Notes: generated by a model from the sequence alone, not told the origin. DNA of 64,000 bases from Chloroflexota bacterium (GCA_963662335.2 CAXXVD010000005.1:224001-288000), one strand, 5' to 3'. Positions 48,593 to 58,869 are shown, counted from the first letter of the stretch. A program made the numbers and translations.

Positions 48593-50758
48593 ATGGCAAC
48601 TGCATCTATCAGCGGACGAGTCTACGCGGCAGAGTCTGGAGAAGGAATCGGCGGCGTGCTCGTCTCCAACGGCGACGCCATCGTGCACACCGCGCCCGAC
48701 GGCCGCTACACGCTCGCCATCGATCCCCAGCAGGACCGCTACGTCTTCATCACCGTGCCGGCGGGGTATCGGCCCCGTGAGCGCTTCTATGCACTCCTTG
48801 ACGACAGCCCGACACAGGCGGGGTGCGACTTTCCCTTGCTGGCCGCCCCGGAGCGGGCGAGAACGACGTTCCGCCTCGCGCATCTCTCCGACACCCACGT
48901 GGTCATTGACGGCAGCGGGCCGGTCTCACAGGAGATGCTGGCGCGGGATCTTCACGACCTGGTGCAAACCGCCGCGCCGGATCTGGCCATAATCACCGGC
49001 GATCTAACGAACATGGGCACCATTGAGGAACTGGAAGGCTACCGGACGGCAATGGAATCCGCAGGCATCCCGGTGGTATCGGTCTTTGGCGGACACGACG
49101 GCAACATCGAACGCCGGTCCAGCAACGCCGACACGGTCTGCACCCGCAACTTCGAAGCCACGCTCGGGCCCACGTACTACAGCTTCGATTGGGGCGGCTA
49201 TCACTTCGTGGTGTACGCGACGGAAGATCACTATTTCTCCGCTGCCGGGAGAGCGCGCAAGGAGCGCTGGCTCCAGGCCGATCTGGCGCGCCAGCCCAGC
49301 GGCCGCGCGTCCGTTCTCATGCTGCACACAGCGCCGGACGCGGACCTGTTGGCGCGTTTCAGCCGGCTCGGCGGCGCGCTCGTCTTGCACGGGCACTGGC
49401 ATTCCAGCCGGGTCTTCACAGCCGGTGATACGTTGGTAGCTTCTGCTCCGTCTTTCTGCTTTGGCGGCATCGACACCCGGCCGCGAGGGTGCCGTCTCAT
49501 ATCGTTCTCGCCCCAGGGCGTGGAAACGGCGCTCCACGCTCAGAGCCGCTCCGCCAAGAGCGCACGCAAGCCGAACCCTGCGACAGATGCGCCCAATCCG
49601 CAGCCGCCGTCCCGCATCGCAATCGGCGCGGAGACGCACTCGCTGGCCTGGACGCGCGCATTGGGCAGTCCGCTGCACCGCGCCGCGCCGGTGGCGTTCC
49701 GGGACAACGTGCTGGTTAGCCTGCACAGCGAGCGCCATCCCGGCCGCGACGGCGTGCTGTGCGTCGATTCCCACAGCGGCGAAGAACGGTGGCAGTACGC
49801 CACGGCAGCCGCCGTGAAGCACAGTTGCGCGGTCGTGACGAGCAGCCGCGATGCGGCGGGCGCAGGCGGCGCGGCTCTGTGCGCGGCCCTCACGGTTTCG
49901 GGCGAACTCCATCTCATCCACGTGGCGACCGGCGAGCGCGCCTGGAGCGCGGCGCTGCCGTCGCATCCGCACCGTTGGGTCTGTTCAGCGCCGGCCCACA
50001 ACGGTGAAGTGATCGTAGCCGGCTCCAAGGCGGGCTACGGCGCGTATGCGCTGGCGGATGGGGCGCAGCGGTGGTACGCCGCGCCTTCCGACGGCGACGA
50101 GTGGCCGTTGTACATTCACCCCCAGGTGTACCGCGACGAACTCTGCATCGTGCTGGTGCAGCGGCGCGGCATTCTGGCGCTGGGCATGGCGGACGGAGGC
50201 ATCGTCTGGGAGCGAGATCTGCCGGTCGAGTACTACTGCGCCTCGCCGGTGCTCGCAGGCGACCTGGTGGTGGTGAGTTCCGCTTCGCCGCACACAGGAG
50301 CCAGCCTGACGGGCGGGCGGGCGGGCGACCTGGCCGTGCTCGCGGCCCGCACCGGCAACGTCGTCAACCACTTCGCCAACGCGCTGCCGGGTTACGCCAC
50401 CGGCGTTGCGGTGCAGGACGGCCGCATCTACACCGCAACCGCGGCCGGCAGCGCGCACTGCCACGACCTGAGCACGGGCGCTGAACTCTGGCAATTCCAG
50501 TGCGGAGACGACCTGCTGGACATGACGCCGTACCGGCGGAAAATCCGTTCTCTGCTGGCCGCGCCCGTGCCGCGTGGCGAGCACGTGCTCGTGCCCTCGT
50601 GCGACGGCCACCTGTACGTGCTGGAAAGCGATACCGGCGCGTGCGCCGACCGCGCCAATTTTGGCGCGCCGCTATCGGCGTCACCGTGCCTCACACCGGA
50701 CGGCTTTGCCCTTGGCACGTACGCCGGAAGCCTTTACTCGTATCAGGCTAATCGCTGA
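48593..50758 (+). CDS. Calcineurin-like metallophosphoesterase fused to a PQQ-like beta-propeller
   Basis: SDTH, TGDL, GGHD, HGHWH; repeated G-x-x-x-W blades. Confidence 0.85.
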   Translation: MATASISGRVYAAESGEGIGGVLVSNGDAIVHTAPDGRYTLAIDPQQDRYVFITVPAGYRPRERFYALLDDSPTQAGCDFPLLAAPERARTTFRLAHLSDTHVVIDGSGPVSQEMLARDLHDLVQTAAPDLAIITGDLTNMGTIEELEGYRTAMESAGIPVVSVFGGHDGNIERRSSNADTVCTRNFEATLGPTYYSFDWGGYHFVVYATEDHYFSAAGRARKERWLQADLARQPSGRASVLMLHTAPDADLLARFSRLGGALVLHGHWHSSRVFTAGDTLVASAPSFCFGGIDTRPRGCRLISFSPQGVETALHAQSRSAKSARKPNPATDAPNPQPPSRIAIGAETHSLAWTRALGSPLHRAAPVAFRDNVLVSLHSERHPGRDGVLCVDSHSGEERWQYATAAAVKHSCAVVTSSRDAAGAGGAALCAALTVSGELHLIHVATGERAWSAALPSHPHRWVCSAPAHNGEVIVAGSKAGYGAYALADGAQRWYAAPSDGDEWPLYIHPQVYRDELCIVLVQRRGILALGMADGGIVWERDLPVEYYCASPVLAGDLVVVSSASPHTGASLTGGRAGDLAVLAARTGNVVNHFANALPGYATGVAVQDGRIYTATAAGSAHCHDLSTGAELWQFQCGDDLLDMTPYRRKIRSLLAAPVPRGEHVLVPSCDGHLYVLESDTGACADRANFGAPLSASPCLTPDGFALGTYAGSLYSYQANR

Positions 50759-50811
50759 CCCTCATGGGTATGTGAAGTGGCGCCAGCCAATCAGAGTTGA
50801 TGGTGCGAAAA

Positions 50812-51013
50812 GCCAGCAACCGTTCGTCCTGAGCCTGTCGAAGGATGAACGGTTGCTGGCGCCGCCTCAAACGCAATTGCCGGTGCTTCGATAAGCTCAG
50901 CACGAACGGTAACCGCCATTCTCCGCTCCCGACCGTGCTTCGACAGGCTCAGCACGAACGGTAACCGCCATTCTCCGCTCCCGACCGCGCTTCGACAAGC
51001 TCAGCACGAACGG
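50812..51013. repeat. REP hairpin plus a 52-bp-period tandem array
   Basis: Long hairpin at 50812-50860; units start at 50883, 50935 and 50987 with identical linkers. Confidence 0.85.
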
Positions 51014-51036
51014 ATACTGGATACTTACAGACGCCT

Positions 51037-51762
51037 TTAAAGTTGGCTCGGCAGGAGCCGCATATCCGGCACGTAGGCGCGCGCCGGCAACGACGCTACC
51101 AGCAGCGCCGCCTGCGCCACGTCTTCCGGCTCCAGCGCCTTGGCCAGGACTTCCGGCGGCGTGGGCGTGGGACGTTTCTCCACCAGCGGCGTATTGCAGA
51201 GGCCGGGAAAGATCACCGTCACCCGCACGCCGTTCTCCTTCTCTTCCTCCATAGTGCCGTAGGCCAGGCCGGCCACGCCGTGCTTGGCGGCCTGGTAGGC
51301 CACGCCGGACACGTCCGGCCGCTGCACCGCGCCGGAGGAGTAGTGGATGATGAGGCCCTGCCCCTGGGCGCGCAATTGCGGCAGCACCGCGCGGGTGAGA
51401 TTGAAGGCCGCCGAGATGTTTACCGTCAGCATCATCTCCCAGTCGGCGGGGTCGAGCACCGTCAGCGCGCGCTGCTTGAGATTAGTGCCCACGCTGTTCA
51501 CGAGCAGGTCCACTTTGCCGTGGCGCGCAACCGCCGCGTCCACCAGCTCCTGGGCCGCCGCGCCGTCGGTGGCGTCCGTGGGCACGGCCAGCGCGTTGCC
51601 GCCGGCCGCCTGGATCTCGTCCGCCACCGATTGCAGTGCGTCGGCGCTGCGCGCCCCCAGCGCCACCGCCGCGCCGCGCGCCGCAAAGAGCCGCGCCGTG
51701 GCCGCCCCCATGCCGCTGCTGGCGCCGGCCACAATTGCCACCTTGCCGTCAAGCGTCTGCAT
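51037..51762 (-). CDS. Short-chain dehydrogenase/reductase
   Basis: AGASSGMG, YQAAK, IFPG. Confidence 0.92.
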   Translation of the reverse strand: MQTLDGKVAIVAGASSGMGAATARLFAARGAAVALGARSADALQSVADEIQAAGGNALAVPTDATDGAAAQELVDAAVARHGKVDLLVNSVGTNLKQRALTVLDPADWEMMLTVNISAAFNLTRAVLPQLRAQGQGLIIHYSSGAVQRPDVSGVAYQAAKHGVAGLAYGTMEEEKENGVRVTVIFPGLCNTPLVEKRPTPTPPEVLAKALEPEDVAQAALLVASLPARAYVPDMRLLPSQL

Positions 51763-52044
51763 TCTCGTTCATCCTCTCCTTAGTGATCTCTGGTCCGGTT
51801 GGAGTGGCCGCGCTCATGCAACCCGGGCGTCTTTCGCAATGGGAAGCGCGCGGCGGACGTGGAACTGCGCCACGCCCTACCGCTGACTATACCGCATCTG
51901 CACTTTTGAACGCGCACGAGCCGCTGGCGGCCGCGCCGGGGCAACGCAGGCTGCGCAAGAGTCGGCGCAAGTATGGTATTTTGAACACTGAAGCGCCGAA
52001 CAGCTCCGTGCACGTGTCAGGACGAAGACACAAGGAAGATTGGG

Positions 52045-52590
52045 ATGAAACGCGGGCCGCTGCGAACGCTGCTCATGATTCTGGCGATTCTCGTTGCCGC
52101 CATTGCGGTCTCCTTTCTCCTGCAGTGGCGGGACTCGCTGCTCGACCGGTTGCCCGGCCTGCCGGAACCGGCCCCGAGCCAGGGCGCCACGGCCCCGGAC
52201 ATCACCTTGCAAAACCTGGATGGCGAATCGGTTTCGCTCAGCGACTATCGCGGCCAGCCGGTGGTGCTGAACTTCTGGGCCACGTGGTGCGGGCCGTGCC
52301 GCGCGGAGATGCCGCACCTGCAGGATGTCTACGAGGCCCACCGCGACGCGGGCCTGGTCGTGCTGGGCGTCAACGTGCGCGAGACTCGCGAGGAGGCCGT
52401 CGGCTTCTTGCGCGAGCTTGGCGTGGACTTTCCCGTGCTGCTCGATCCCGATCTCGCCGCCGTCGAACGCTACAGCGTGACCAGCCTGCCGATTACGTTC
52501 TTCATCGACCGCGACGGCACGATTAGGACTCTCGTCGTGGGCGGCATGACCAGGCGGGTGCTGGACGAGCGGGTGGCTACGATTCTCTAG
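52045..52590 (+). CDS. TlpA/ResA-like thiol-disulfide oxidoreductase
   Basis: N-terminal TM helix, APDITL, NFWATWCGPC. Confidence 0.94.
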   Translation: MKRGPLRTLLMILAILVAAIAVSFLLQWRDSLLDRLPGLPEPAPSQGATAPDITLQNLDGESVSLSDYRGQPVVLNFWATWCGPCRAEMPHLQDVYEAHRDAGLVVLGVNVRETREEAVGFLRELGVDFPVLLDPDLAAVERYSVTSLPITFFIDRDGTIRTLVVGGMTRRVLDERVATIL

Positions 52591-52728
52591 ACTCAACGCT
52601 AACCGCGGGCCGCCAGCGCAAGCGCGTACCGCTTCTTCGACAAGTCAACGCCGTCTAGCCGCTTTGGGTTTCTCTGTGCCCAAATGTAGCTGAGGCGCAC
52701 GTATCCGGCATGAAAGGGAGTACAGCAC

Positions 52729-53799
52729 ATGGGCGACCAAGCTCTGCGGGTTGGCATCATTGGCGCGGGCGGCATCGCCCGCGGCGCGCACGCTACCGGC
52801 TACCGGGAGTCCGGGCGCGCCAATATCGCGGCCGTCTGCGACGTGAACGCGGCGGCGGCGCGGGCGTTTGCCGAATCTCACGATCTGGCCCACCACTACG
52901 GCAGCGTCGATGAGATGCTGGCTCAGGAAGAACTGGACGTAGTGAGCATCTGTACCTCGAATGACGCCCACCATCCCGCCGCCATGGCCGCTATCGCGCG
53001 CGGCCTGCACGTCTTCTGCGAAAAACCGCTGGCCATGAACTTCAGCCAGGCGCTTGAGATGCATGACGCCGCTGAAGCGCAGGGCGTCGTGACCGGCGTC
53101 AACTTCACGTACCGCACGTTTCCCGCCGCCCGCTACATCAAGGAACTCACGGAACAGGCAATCTTTGGCGACGTGAAGCACTTCAGCATCGAGTACTACC
53201 AGAGCTACTCGGTGCAACCGGGCCGCGGGCTGGAGTGGCGCTTCCAAAAGAAACTCACCGGCACCGGCGCCCTGGCGGACCTCGGCTCACACGCCACCGA
53301 CCTGGCCCTCTGGCTGAACGGCGGCATTGCCGGCGCGCGCGGCCACATGGCGACCTTCATCCACGAACGCCCGCTGCTGGACGGCTCCGGCATGGGCAAG
53401 GTGGACGTGGATGACGCCACCACGTTTCTCGCCGCGTACGAGAACGGCGCTACCGGCGTCGTGGACGCGACGCGCTTTGCCACCGGCCGCAAGAATCACC
53501 AGCGGATTTCTATCTACGGGGACAAAGGCTCGCTGGTCTACCAGAACGGCCCGGAGCCGCGCCTGGAGATTTCGGCGGAGCCGTTCAGCAAGGACGGCGG
53601 CGAAGCGCTCGTGCCCGTCCCGCAGCGACTGCTCGGCGGCTCACGCTCGCACGTTCCGCCGTTCGTGGACACTATTCTCGACGGCGCGCCGGTCGCGTTT
53701 CCCACCTTCGCGGACGGCCTGCGCGCGCAGGAAGTGCTGGAGGCCGCCGAGGTTTCCCACAACGAAGACCGCTGGGTATCACTGCCGCTGCCAAAGTAG
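52729..53799 (+). CDS. Gfo/Idh/MocA family oxidoreductase
   Basis: IGAGGIA, CEKPLA, GALADLGSH, PTFADG. Confidence 0.93.
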   Translation: MGDQALRVGIIGAGGIARGAHATGYRESGRANIAAVCDVNAAAARAFAESHDLAHHYGSVDEMLAQEELDVVSICTSNDAHHPAAMAAIARGLHVFCEKPLAMNFSQALEMHDAAEAQGVVTGVNFTYRTFPAARYIKELTEQAIFGDVKHFSIEYYQSYSVQPGRGLEWRFQKKLTGTGALADLGSHATDLALWLNGGIAGARGHMATFIHERPLLDGSGMGKVDVDDATTFLAAYENGATGVVDATRFATGRKNHQRISIYGDKGSLVYQNGPEPRLEISAEPFSKDGGEALVPVPQRLLGGSRSHVPPFVDTILDGAPVAFPTFADGLRAQEVLEAAEVSHNEDRWVSLPLPK

Positions 53800-53985
53800 T
53801 CACCATGCCCGCGCGACGGCCACACAAGAGAATGAAGAGGAACGCACATCTCGCCGTTCGTGCTGAGCTTGTCGAAGCATGAACGGCGAGATGTGCGTTC
53901 GTCGTTGCTGCACGGTCAATCCGCCTTACACCCTTCGACAAGCTCAGGGCGAACGGCTCAGTTTGGCTACTTTCACGTCAGTGAC
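53800..53985. repeat. ~185-bp composite REP element (copy of 15443-15628)
   Basis: Shared CGGCCACACA, CCGTTCGTGCTGAGC, CCCTTCGAC and GTTTGGCT blocks; long hairpin at 53840-53900. Confidence 0.7.
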
Positions 53986-54114
53986 GCACCCAGTCGCGCT
54001 ATTTTCACGTCAAGACGCCACATAGCGAAGACCGGCGCTCCGTCCCTAAGGCGGCGCGCCACCGCTCCGCGCTCCCTCAAGTCCACCAGTGATGACGCGT
54101 GCGGCTATAGGCCC

Positions 54115-56235
54115 TTACGTCCGCCGCGCCCATTCGATTAGCGCGGCCAGCGCCTCCGTGCGCGTCGCCCGGGACTGCACCTGCAAACGCTTGCGCGCGT
54201 CGAGGCGCTTGAACATCTTAGCCGCAAGCGCAAAGGTATCGTCCGCATCCTGCTCGTCTAAAGTCTCGCCGATGGCGTCGGTCGGATTGACAATGGCGGT
54301 AGAACGCGGCGCGAGCGCGCCCACCAGGCTCGGCAGGTCGTAGCGTAAGAGCACGCCGGGCAGGAAACTGCTGGCGGGCACGGTGTAGTCGCCGGAGCGC
54401 GTAACGTGGCGATACGAGGCGAGAGTCTCAATCGTCGCCACTGACCCAATACGTTGGTCAAGGGCGGCAGCGTGGAGCGCGACCAATCCGCCCCCGCCGT
54501 GTCCGAGCAGCGCGATGCGCTCCGCATCTACGTCAGGACGCTCCACGATCTGATCTATGCAGCGGACGGCGTCGGCCACGCGCTGGGTCAGCGGCCACTC
54601 GCCCAGGAAGTAGCCCAAGTACGCCAGGCGCGAGTCATTGCCCAGCAGCGCGGAGTCTTCAGGACGGTACTCAACTTCCGGTCTCCAGCGGGTCTCGCCC
54701 CAGCCGCGCAGGTCCATAGCAAAGACCAGGCTGTCGACGCGGGCCAATTCGGCAGCAATACCGTATTCGTGGGATTCGGCATCTTTGCCCATATCATGCG
54801 CGTAGACGATTGCGGGATGCGGGCCATCGCCCGGCGGCTGGAAGACCAGGCCGGGCACGGGCAAATCCACCTCGCTCTCGAAGTACACCTCTTCCACGCG
54901 CAAGCCGCCAACGGTGCGCGTGCCCACCGTTTGCAGCGCGCCCGCGGCCGGCGCTGCCTCGTAGTCAAGCACGGAGCGCGCCGCCGATAGCGTTTCCTCC
55001 TGAAACCGCGCGGCGTCCTTTGCCTTCGCCAGTTTCGGGACGGCCGGCGCAAGCTCTTGGGCACGCTTCTCGTTCAGCGAAACGACCGTCTCGTTGCGCT
55101 CGCTCAAGAGCGTCTGCCCGGCAGGCGTGCACCACAGGGTCTCCGGCTTTTCCGGTGCAAAGGGCGCCTCCACGACCGGTCCCGGCTCGTCCTTCAGCCA
55201 GCGGTTGAACCAGGCGTACATCGCCTCGCGCATTGGTTGGTTGTAGTCGTGGTGGGCCGGCGTCTCCACCATGTTCGCCCGCTCCGCCACGCCCAGCGCG
55301 CTATAGCAATCGAGCACGTCGGCATAGACGTCCCGCGCGCCGATGAGGGGAAAGAAGTCGTAGGTCGTGGACATGATCTGCATGGGCAGCGGCGCGCGGC
55401 ACATCAGCAGGTCGGCCATCTCCAGGTCGTCGGGATAGCTGCGCACCGGGTCCTGGCACGGGTCGCCGATCTGGCCTTTGGAGTGCATGCGCTCGTAGGT
55501 GGCGGTGGAGCAAACCGGCGCCGCCGCCGTGATACGCTCGTCGAACGCGGTCAGGAACATGGTGTACGTGCCGCCGCCGGACGCGCCGGTGCAGCCGATG
55601 CGGCTGGCGTCCACGTCGCTGCGCATCTCCAGGTAGTCGAGCATCCGCACGCCATCCCAGACCATGTGGTTGATCACCGTCTGGCCGACCAGCCAGCAGG
55701 GCAGGCACGCGCCGGCGTGTTGCTCGGTGCTGCTCTCCACCGGATTCGTGCCGGTCGCGGCGTCCCAGTGCTGGCTGCGCTCGCCCTGGCCAATCGGGTC
55801 GTAGACCAGGGCAACGTAGCCCTGCCGCGCCAGGCCGATGCCGCGCGCCTGCACCACGGTCTCGGCCTTGCCGTCGGCCCAGTGCCCCAGGGGATTGAGC
55901 ACGGCCGGCAGCGGTTCGGAAATTTCCGGCGGGCGGTAGAGATTGACCGTGACCGGAAACCCCGGCTGGCTCTCGATGAGAAGTTTCTCCACCACGTAGC
56001 CGTCGCGCTCGAGGATGCCCACAAGCTGCGGTTCGAGCGGCGTCTTATCGGGAAATTGCCCCAGCGAGCGGCGGAAGTTCTCGCGCACCGTGCGCGTGTG
56101 CGCCTGCCAGTCTTCAGCCGCATCGAAGGAACGCAGCTTGCGCTTGCGCCGCCAATTGTGCTCGCGAACCTGCCGCATGAGATAGCCAAAATAGGCTTCG
56201 TCCGCCCCGTTCACGCGCCCGCTCAAGACTGCCAT
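54115..56235 (-). CDS. Tandem alpha/beta hydrolase (acetylxylan-esterase-like)
   Basis: GH, DPIGQGER, GASGGG, HHDY in domain 1; DLRGWGE, GHGGGG in domain 2. Confidence 0.85.
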   Translation of the reverse strand: MAVLSGRVNGADEAYFGYLMRQVREHNWRRKRKLRSFDAAEDWQAHTRTVRENFRRSLGQFPDKTPLEPQLVGILERDGYVVEKLLIESQPGFPVTVNLYRPPEISEPLPAVLNPLGHWADGKAETVVQARGIGLARQGYVALVYDPIGQGERSQHWDAATGTNPVESSTEQHAGACLPCWLVGQTVINHMVWDGVRMLDYLEMRSDVDASRIGCTGASGGGTYTMFLTAFDERITAAAPVCSTATYERMHSKGQIGDPCQDPVRSYPDDLEMADLLMCRAPLPMQIMSTTYDFFPLIGARDVYADVLDCYSALGVAERANMVETPAHHDYNQPMREAMYAWFNRWLKDEPGPVVEAPFAPEKPETLWCTPAGQTLLSERNETVVSLNEKRAQELAPAVPKLAKAKDAARFQEETLSAARSVLDYEAAPAAGALQTVGTRTVGGLRVEEVYFESEVDLPVPGLVFQPPGDGPHPAIVYAHDMGKDAESHEYGIAAELARVDSLVFAMDLRGWGETRWRPEVEYRPEDSALLGNDSRLAYLGYFLGEWPLTQRVADAVRCIDQIVERPDVDAERIALLGHGGGGLVALHAAALDQRIGSVATIETLASYRHVTRSGDYTVPASSFLPGVLLRYDLPSLVGALAPRSTAIVNPTDAIGETLDEQDADDTFALAAKMFKRLDARKRLQVQSRATRTEALAALIEWARRT

Positions 56236-56344
56236 GAGAAGTCTCCTTGCCTTGCAATGAATTCGTGTTGCCATACCCAGGTCGTGCACTGAGAATACAA
56301 CGGCTTGGTTACGCGGGGCAAAGTGTGCTAGTATGCGGCACGTC

Positions 56345-57607
56345 ATGACGAGACCCCATTCCAACGACATACGCGCCTTCATTGAACGCGAAGCCGGCGC
56401 AGTTGCCGACTGGCTCTTTGCGCTCTGCGCCCAGGAGAGCAAACTCGGCAACGAGGCCCCCACGCGCGCGGAGGTGATGAATGCCTTTCAGGGCCTCGGC
56501 CTGAGCGTGGCAGAAGCGCCATATCCGCCGGATATAGCCGCAAATCCGCATCACATTCCAGTGCCGGAACTCAAGCAATACCCGGATCACGTGCGCGCGA
56601 ACCTGCTGGCTACAAAACCCGGCAGCGGCGGCGGGCGCAGCCTCATCTTGCAGACCCACCTCGACGTCGTGCCGGAGAGCGAAGGCCAGCGCTACGAGCG
56701 CGTGCAGGACCCGGAACGCGGCGAGATCATCTACGCCCGCGGCAGCAACGACGCCAAGGGGCAAGCGGCGGCGCTCCTGCTCGTCATGCGGGCGCTGGCG
56801 CACTTCGACATTGCGCTGGCCGGCGACCTGGAGTTGCAGTTGGTCACCGAAGAGGAAGTCGGCGGCAACGGCGCGCTGTCCTTCATCCACGCCGGCCGCC
56901 GGGCCGACGGCGTCGTGGTCATGGAACCCTCACTCGCGCAAATCCATCCGGCAAATCGCGGCGCGCTCTGGTTTCAAGTCGCTATCGCGGGCGTCAGCAT
57001 GCACATGGGGCGCATGCACGAGGGCGTCAGCGCCATCGATAAGGGCATCGCCCTCATCGCCAGTTTCAAAGAGTATGAGAAGGAACTGGTGGCGCTGAGC
57101 AAAGGCTATCGCGGCTTCGAGCGCTACGAGCATCCGGTGCAACTCAACGTGGGCATCTTCCAGGGCGGCCACTGGCCCAGCGCCGTGGCGGGCGAAGCCC
57201 TGATCGAAGGCGGTGTCGGCTTCCTGCCCAATAAGGCCATGGCCGACGTGCGCGCCGACCTGGAACGCATCGTCGCCACCCATCCGGACGAGTGGATTCG
57301 CGCAAACACGACGATCGCGTTCGACAAACTGCGCAACGATTCGTTCGAGATTCCCTACGACCATCCCCTGCCCGCCGCGCTGCTCGCGGCCGCGCGGGAG
57401 AGCGGCCTGGCAAGCGAGGTCTTCGGCTGGAACGTCTCCTGCGACGCGCGGCTCTACGCCCGCGTCGGCGGGCTGCCGGTCGTCGTCTTTGGCCCGGGTG
57501 ACCTGGCCACCGCGCACGGCCCCAACGAGCACTTCGCGGTCGCGGATATGGTGGACGCGGCCTGCGTGTTGACGCAGTTCGTGCAAGATTGGTGCGGAAC
57601 GACATAG
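56345..57607 (+). CDS. M20 family deacylase (ArgE/DapE-like)
   Basis: THLDVV, RGSNDAKG, EEEVG, AHGPNE. Confidence 0.9.
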   Translation: MTRPHSNDIRAFIEREAGAVADWLFALCAQESKLGNEAPTRAEVMNAFQGLGLSVAEAPYPPDIAANPHHIPVPELKQYPDHVRANLLATKPGSGGGRSLILQTHLDVVPESEGQRYERVQDPERGEIIYARGSNDAKGQAAALLLVMRALAHFDIALAGDLELQLVTEEEVGGNGALSFIHAGRRADGVVVMEPSLAQIHPANRGALWFQVAIAGVSMHMGRMHEGVSAIDKGIALIASFKEYEKELVALSKGYRGFERYEHPVQLNVGIFQGGHWPSAVAGEALIEGGVGFLPNKAMADVRADLERIVATHPDEWIRANTTIAFDKLRNDSFEIPYDHPLPAALLAAARESGLASEVFGWNVSCDARLYARVGGLPVVVFGPGDLATAHGPNEHFAVADMVDAACVLTQFVQDWCGTT

Positions 57608-57662
57608 GATAGGCACTCGCTTACTCGGGACGCGGCTACACTTTCCAAGAGGCTGCGCATAG

Positions 57663-57882
57663 CCTCGATTGCCAGTCAGTCCGAGCGCAGCGTCGAACGG
57701 TGTTTGCGGAACCTAAGACGTAGCGTTAGATTTGAGAAGTTCGTTGACAGAAGCCGTTCCCCGCAAGGCAATTGAGGGAATCCGCTCTGCACAAGGCAGC
57801 ACTGACCCTACTGTCATTCCGAGCGCAGCGAGGAATCTAGGGTGCACGCGGCAAGATGGATTCCCGCGTTCGCGGGAATGAC
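57663..57882. repeat. Short TIR-bounded element followed by a chimeric REP doublet
   Basis: CCTCGATTGCC (57663) and GGCAATTGAGG (57767); GTCATTCCGAG-type left half at 57813 paired with a GGGAATGAC-type right half ending 57882. Confidence 0.55.
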
Positions 57883-58007
57883 GGAGACCGACGCGCTATA
57901 TCCATGGCAATGACAGAGTCGAGGCGCTGTCCTCGCTGTTCTGAGGCGCCGTACTGGCAGTTCTGAAGGCAATCACGGCCTCATTCCAAGAGAGTCAACA
58001 CAGGACT

Positions 58008-58646
58008 ATGTCACCGCTAGACGAACACACCGAAGACAGCCGCAGAATCTGGGAAGCCCTGGCTTTCATCCTGCACCGCGTCTATGAACCCCTGGAAGAC
58101 GCGGGAGCGGAGTGGGCCATCATTGGCAGCGCGGCCTCGGCGCTCCAGGACATCGCGGTCAGTCCCAGCGAACTGCGCATTCTCACCACGCCGGACGCGA
58201 TCGACACCTGGTCGCTTCATCTCTGGGACTGGTTGGACGAAGAGCCGGACACACGCGATCAGAGCCACGCCAAACTCACGCTTAACGTAGAAAGCGCGCC
58301 GGTCACCGTCTTCGTCCGCGAACCCCGCGAGAATGAACAAGGTATACTGCTAGAGGGCGTGGGCGGCGCGCTGTGGGGCGTGGTGGGCCGGGTGCGCTTT
58401 CAAAACTGGCTCGTGCCCGTGGCGCCGCTGGAAGTGCAGTACGCCACCGCGGTCGGGCGCATGATGCGCGACCCCGCCCGGCGCTCGTGGCAACAGTTGG
58501 CCCGCAAACTGGCCCAGGCGCTCTATGCCAACGGTTTCTACCGGGAACTCGTGGAAGAGGCGCTGAGCCCGTACGGCGCGCAGGCCGGCAGTGTCGCGCT
58601 AGACCTGCTGCGGGCATCTGCGACGGGGTCGCGGACTGCGCCGTAG
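58008..58646 (+). CDS. Hypothetical protein, nucleotidyltransferase-like N-terminus
   Basis: WAIIGSAASALQ motif; AGGA RBS. Confidence 0.7.
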   Translation: MSPLDEHTEDSRRIWEALAFILHRVYEPLEDAGAEWAIIGSAASALQDIAVSPSELRILTTPDAIDTWSLHLWDWLDEEPDTRDQSHAKLTLNVESAPVTVFVREPRENEQGILLEGVGGALWGVVGRVRFQNWLVPVAPLEVQYATAVGRMMRDPARRSWQQLARKLAQALYANGFYRELVEEALSPYGAQAGSVALDLLRASATGSRTAP

Positions 58647-58765
58647 CCGACGTCTACGCATTCGCCGGCGGTCGCTTGGCGCGGCCTGTGAAGAGAACGA
58701 TTCCTATGAGAGAAACGGCCCACTTCACGGAGTTACGGAGTTTCCATCTCAACTAACGGCGAGTG

Positions 58766-58811
58766 GCTCTCAGGGTAGGGGCACGACATGTCGTGCCCCT
58801 ACCCTGAGAGC
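58766..58811. repeat. Perfect 46-bp palindrome centred on the GTAG-REP GTAGGGGCACGACATGTCGTGCCCCTAC
   Basis: 23-bp arms are exact reverse complements with no spacer. Confidence 0.9.
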
Positions 58812-58869
58812 GCCCCCTTGCGGCGCCTCATTGCACTGTGAAAAAACGCATCCAGGAGGAAGGATTCTC

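Noticed and set aside
50883-51013. Possible CRISPR array (27-bp repeat, 25-bp spacer)
   Set aside because: Spacers are identical and the repeat is a REP found elsewhere in the window
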